Below, one piece after another: positions 55,469-58,761 of a DNA stretch of 58,761 nucleotides (its first letter is position 1; every line of letters begins with the position of its first letter). This DNA comes from Nitrospira sp. (GTDB lineage Bacteria > Pseudomonadota > Gammaproteobacteria > Acidiferrobacterales > SPGG2), in the NCBI GenBank assembly GCA_019456345.1, contig VRUB01000002.1:1-58761 (forward strand). Direction: 5' to 3'. The translations under genes and the position numbers were made by a program. The notes under the pieces are model-generated. The model was given only the letters and a program-made list of their open reading frames with translations, was not told the DNA's origin and made no database searches.

Positions 55469-55682
55469 GGCGATGGTCACCTTTCGCATTGATGACCGGC
55501 TGGCGCGCTTGCTGGATCGACTCAGTAAGCAGAGTGGCCGCCCGAAGAGCGAGCTCATTCGCGAGGCGCTACAGCGTCAGCTCGCTGTGACGCGCTTTGA
55601 AGACCTGCGCCAGCGCACTGCGCCCTTTGCCGAAGCGCGGGGCTGGCTCACCGATGAGGACGTTTTCCGCGAGCTGTCATGA
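55467..55682 (+). CDS. Ribbon-helix-helix (CopG/VapB-like) antitoxin
   Basis: 71 aa. The N-terminus (VTFRIDDRLARLLDRLSKQSGRPKSELIREAL) is a typical RHH beta-strand plus two helices. ATGA overlap with the PIN gene. The start may be the second ATG at 55473. Confidence 0.85.
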   Translation: MAMVTFRIDDRLARLLDRLSKQSGRPKSELIREALQRQLAVTRFEDLRQRTAPFAEARGWLTDEDVFRELS

Positions 55683-56080
55683 GGGTGTTTCCGGATACGG
55701 GTGTACTCGTGGCCGCGCTGGCGACGCGCGGTCTGTGCGCCGATCTGCTGCGGCTGGTGTTGGTCGAGCACCAGCTGGTTACGGGCAGACCGGTGTTCCG
55801 GGAGCTGCGCCGGGTACTTGTGGAGCAGCTGCGCTTACCGCAGGCCACGGCCGATCAGGTTATGCCGTTCCTACGCGAGCAAGGCGAAATCAGCGCTCCC
55901 GCGCAGCCGGCGCCATGGCCTGTCAACGACGCGGATGACCGCTGGATCCTGGCGGCAGCACTCGAGGTGGGCACGGACGTGCTGGTGACAAGCGACCCGG
56001 CATTGCTTGCGATCGAGGATCGCGTCCCATTTCGGATTTGCCGCCCACGAGGATTCTGGGAACTGTTGCGCGGGCGATAG
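55679..56080 (+). CDS. PIN-domain toxin (VapC-like ribonuclease)
   Basis: 133 aa. N-terminal acidic residue in RVFPDTGVLV and C-terminal DDRWILAAALEVGTDVLVTSD, as in PIN-domain TA toxins. Confidence 0.88.
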   Translation: MRVFPDTGVLVAALATRGLCADLLRLVLVEHQLVTGRPVFRELRRVLVEQLRLPQATADQVMPFLREQGEISAPAQPAPWPVNDADDRWILAAALEVGTDVLVTSDPALLAIEDRVPFRICRPRGFWELLRGR

Positions 56081-56114
56081 CTTCGGGTGGGGTAGCTCAG
56101 AGGGAGACGAGGTA

Positions 56115-56648
56115 GTGACGCGTCGGCGCACAACCGGTTATTCCGGCAAGATTATCGACGTATATCTCGAGACGGTGAAGCTGCCGAACGGCCGGATCAC
56201 CGAGCTCGAGATCGTGCGCCACCCTGGTGGCGCGGCTGCAGTGGCGCTCGACGCGCGCGACCGAGTGTGCCTGCTGCGCCAGTATCGCCATGTGGCAGGT
56301 GGCTGGCTGTGGGAGCTGCCGGCCGGGAAGATCGATTCCAGGGAGGACCCCCTGCTGACGGCGCGGCGCGAGCTGGAAGAAGAGGCTGGAATCCGCGCCG
56401 GCCGTTGGGATTCGCTTGGCGACCTGTTGAGTTCCCCGGGAGTTTTTGCCGAGGTCATCCATCTCTACCTCGCCCGTGACCTCGCGCTCGTCGAGCCCGC
56501 GCCTGCGGAAGACGAAGTCATCGAGGTGCACTGGTTGCCCTTCACCGAGGCCCTGAGCTGGGCTTACGCTGGCGAGGTCCGTGACGCCAAGACGATCATC
56601 GGCCTGTTGCGTGCCCGGTGGTTCGTGCAACCGGAATCACCTGAGTAG
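56115..56648 (+). CDS. NUDIX hydrolase (ADP-ribose pyrophosphatase-like)
   Basis: 177 aa from GTG 56115, behind GGGAGACGAGG. Canonical Nudix box GKIDSREDPLLTARRELEEEAGI. NudF-like N-terminus (G.I.DV....V.LPNG). Confidence 0.85.
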   Translation: MTRRRTTGYSGKIIDVYLETVKLPNGRITELEIVRHPGGAAAVALDARDRVCLLRQYRHVAGGWLWELPAGKIDSREDPLLTARRELEEEAGIRAGRWDSLGDLLSSPGVFAEVIHLYLARDLALVEPAPAEDEVIEVHWLPFTEALSWAYAGEVRDAKTIIGLLRARWFVQPESPE

Positions 56649-56773
56649 CCGGCGATTACTCAACTGCCGATGGCACAGCTTGAGGCCATGCGAGGCAGTG
56701 CCGTCGACTTGCGGGTGGAGCAGGCCTACTATGAGACGCTGCTCGAGCGCCTTGAGCGCCGGAGGTAACAGTT

Positions 56774-56959
56774 ATGATCTTCCGAATCCTGGTCGGGGCG
56801 GGCTTGTTGGCCCTGGGTTACTTCGTAGGACGCGAGATTGGCCGTACGGAACCCGTCCGCAAGGAGCTTCGTAACGCCCGCGAGCAAGACCGGGCACATG
56901 ATCAGCACCGCGCGACTCGAGCCTCCGGGCAACGCCGCGAGCACAAGCGCCCGGTGTGA
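56774..56959 (+). CDS. Hypothetical small membrane protein
   Basis: 61 aa. GGAGG lies 8 nt upstream of the ATG. One N-terminal TM segment followed by a charged tail. Confidence 0.45.
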   Translation: MIFRILVGAGLLALGYFVGREIGRTEPVRKELRNAREQDRAHDQHRATRASGQRREHKRPV

Positions 56960-56982
56960 TCGTAAGGAGGGGATTAGGACGT

Positions 56983-58347
56983 ATGTGTGGCGCTGGATTC
57001 TGGCGACGAATTATTTTCTCCTGTGCGTGTCTAGTCTCGTTTGCTGCGTGGGGCAGTCAGACCCGAGAGGTCGAGATCACGGTGTGGGCCAACGCCGATG
57101 TCAACGAGCGCTATCGTACCGAGGGTATCCGGCTGGCGGCGACGATCTTGAACGAAGAGCTCAAGATCGAAGACCGTGATGTACGCGTCACTATCAAGCA
57201 GCAGTCGTGGTCGGGCAGCGGCTCGTGGGAGAAGCTCAAGCAAGCCTTTGCGCTAGCGATCGAGTCAGGCAAAGGTCCACACATCATTGTTGCGGGTCAT
57301 GAGGACATTGCCGTCTGGGGCAAGGCAGGCCTGATCCAACCGCTCGAGGAGCTCGTCGATCTCGAAAGCTACCCGTTCAATGATGTGTTCCCCAACCTCT
57401 GGCCCATCATGGTGTGGGACGGCAGGATCTGGGGGGTGCCGCAAGACGCCGAGTCGCGGCCGTTGTTCGGGTGGATTCCACACCTGCGCGCGATCGGCTA
57501 CTCCGATGCCGACATAGCCGCATTGCCGGCGCGTATCAAGCGCGGTGAGTACACGTTGACGAACGTGCTGCAGGACGCAAAAAAGATCCAGGATTTAGGT
57601 CTGGTAAAGCCTGGTTACGGCTTCTACCCGCGGGCCGGCAAGGGGCCTGACTTCTGGCAGTTCTATGTGGCCAATGGCGGTGAGCTTACGGATCGGGCGA
57701 GCGGCAAGCTCTTGTTGGATCGGGCCGTATTGCTCAGGTATTACCGCTTTTTTCACGACGCCGTGTTCAAATATGGCGTAACGAAAAAGAACCATCTCGG
57801 CATGGACTGGGACCAATGGTACAGCGAGGTTGCGAGCGGCAGGGCCGGGCTATGGCATGGGGGCACATGGCACTACGCCCGTTACACCCGCGGCGAGGGG
57901 TTGGCCGATTTCTTCGATACGGTAGTGTTCGCGTTAATTCCCGCCGGCGACGCCGGCGGCAAGGCCACGACGCTAACGCACCCACTGGTTTACCTGGTGA
58001 GCAAGCGCGCTCAAGGCGAGCAAGCCGAGCTGTGCGGCCGCTTGATCACCATCGTCTCCGAGCCGCGATTGAACACGTTGCATGCAATCGCCTCAGCGCA
58101 CCTTGGCATCACGCGTACGCAAACGGGGCTCGATACGTACGCGAGCGACCGCTGGACCGCGGAATCGACCACCTTGCTAGAAAGCGCGTTCGCGCTTCCG
58201 AACAATCCACACTTTGGTCAATTTGACCAGATCGTCTGGAAGGGCCTGACGGCGGCTTGGAGTGGTGCGGTGACGCCACATGAGGCAGTCGATACCGTGG
58301 TCCGCGAGATCCGTGCGACGATGAAGGATAAAGTGGTTATTCGCTAA
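56983..58347 (+). CDS. Extracellular solute-binding protein (ABC transporter family 1 SBP-like)
   Basis: 454 aa from ATG 56983, with AAGGAGG 12 nt upstream. Signal-like N-terminus. Blocks (ITVWAN, GKGPHIIVAGHEDI..W, WGVPQD) are typical of sugar-type SBPs. No permease or ATPase gene within the window. Confidence 0.88.
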   Translation: MCGAGFWRRIIFSCACLVSFAAWGSQTREVEITVWANADVNERYRTEGIRLAATILNEELKIEDRDVRVTIKQQSWSGSGSWEKLKQAFALAIESGKGPHIIVAGHEDIAVWGKAGLIQPLEELVDLESYPFNDVFPNLWPIMVWDGRIWGVPQDAESRPLFGWIPHLRAIGYSDADIAALPARIKRGEYTLTNVLQDAKKIQDLGLVKPGYGFYPRAGKGPDFWQFYVANGGELTDRASGKLLLDRAVLLRYYRFFHDAVFKYGVTKKNHLGMDWDQWYSEVASGRAGLWHGGTWHYARYTRGEGLADFFDTVVFALIPAGDAGGKATTLTHPLVYLVSKRAQGEQAELCGRLITIVSEPRLNTLHAIASAHLGITRTQTGLDTYASDRWTAESTTLLESAFALPNNPHFGQFDQIVWKGLTAAWSGAVTPHEAVDTVVREIRATMKDKVVIR

Positions 58348-58404
58348 CCGCGATCCGTAAATGGGTCAGTCGTTTTGAGGTCGCCTACCGGCGGTTATTC
58401 TCCA

Positions 58405-58692
58405 ACGGGGTTCCGCCCCCGTACGACGGGTTCCTTTCTTTGCGTGCCCAAAGAAAGGAACCGAAAGAAAGGGCACCCCGGACTCTGCGCCCCGCATGGG
58501 TACTTCCCATGCGGGGTTCCCTCGCTCGGCCCTCGTCTCAGACGGTCCGCGCAAGGGCCATCCTTGGCCCTGGCCCGGACGCGCGAGATCCATCTCGCGC
58601 CCCTTCGGGCGTGTTCTTCGCCTTCACGCGTCGCTCGGCTTGAGTAAGGGGGTTCAAAAGAAAAACTACTCCCTCCCCTGAATGGGGGAGGG
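58405..58692. repeat. Dense array of GC-rich perfect hairpins (REP/BIME-like block) at window end
   Basis: Six hairpins. 58405-58422: ACGGGG/CCCCGT. 58429-58462: 13-bp stem GGTTCCTTTCTTT. 58490-58516: 11-bp stem CCCCGCATGGG. 58554-58571: AGGGCCA/TGGCCCT. 58581-58600: GCGCGAGA/TCTCGCGC. 58671-58692: CCCTCCCC/GGGGAGGG. Confidence 0.6.
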
Positions 58693-58761
58693 CTGGGGAG
58701 AGGGTACTCGGCTTACGTACACTGTTGGATTAAAGGAGTCTGACCCCTTTATCCCTTCAAT

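Noticed and set aside
56670-56768. 32-aa ORF (MAQLEAMRGSAVDLRVEQAYYETLLERLERRR) just upstream of the 61-aa membrane ORF
   Set aside because: It is too short and has no SD. The faint resemblance to the coiled-coil part of chain-length-determinant proteins is not enough to call a gene or pseudogene.

Overview
Visually GC-rich, proteobacterium-like chromosomal segment of 58,761 bp. It has about 47 credible protein genes and tight operon structure, with many ATGA/GTGA stop-start overlaps. I recognised no rRNA, tRNA, CRISPR array, integrase, transposase or phage gene. All protein calls come from motif and family recognition by eye, not from database searches. Gene content in order: (1) A ~1 kb gene-free leader with a near-consensus sigma-54 promoter feeds a contiguous prkA-yeaH-spoVR stress module. 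A stand-alone EF-G paralogue follows, whose switch II reads DTPGY instead of DTPGH. (2) An exeA/gspB-like pair with no other secretion genes. (3) An FlK-like hotdog thioesterase, a 1131-aa Zn-ribbon / class III cyclase / STAND-type ATPase / TPR protein, an alpha/beta-hydrolase::OsmC fusion and a PEBP protein. (4) A ~14.7 kb amino-acid catabolic supercluster: a heme-oxygenase-like putative diiron protein, FAH-hmgA-hppD, kynU-kynA, ldh-bkdA1-bkdA2-bkdB and liuB-liuC-liuE. Every pathway lacks at least one canonical step and no regulator is encoded. (5) An acuI-like reductase, an overlapping NUDIX / eIF-2B-like pair, small stress and hydrolase genes, sohB, a K+ channel, an HTH-Zn-ribbon::HAD fusion, GlcG, an HDAC-type deacetylase, djlA, an MscK-type channel and an RND pump pair. 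(6) A lower-GC pocket holds an RHH-PIN toxin-antitoxin pair and a divergent 61-aa gene. The two units share a duplicated 21-bp promoter/operator. (7) A canonical NUDIX, a small membrane protein and an orphan solute-binding protein. The non-coding DNA is unusually rich in hairpin repeats. These comprise a two-hairpin REP-like family with fully compensatory stem changes, a three-hairpin family, a ~322-bp palindromic insertion flanked by a 10-bp direct repeat, an iteron-like 19-mer array and a multi-hairpin block at the window end. I found no clear-cut new multi-gene system such as a defence island. The best candidates for follow-up, in my order, are the 61-aa/RHH/PIN module with twin operators, the translationally coupled NUDIX/eIF-2B-like pair, the His-to-Tyr EF-G paralogue next to the PrkA module, the structured repeat families, the heme-oxygenase-like enzyme and the HTH-Zn-ribbon::HAD fusion.
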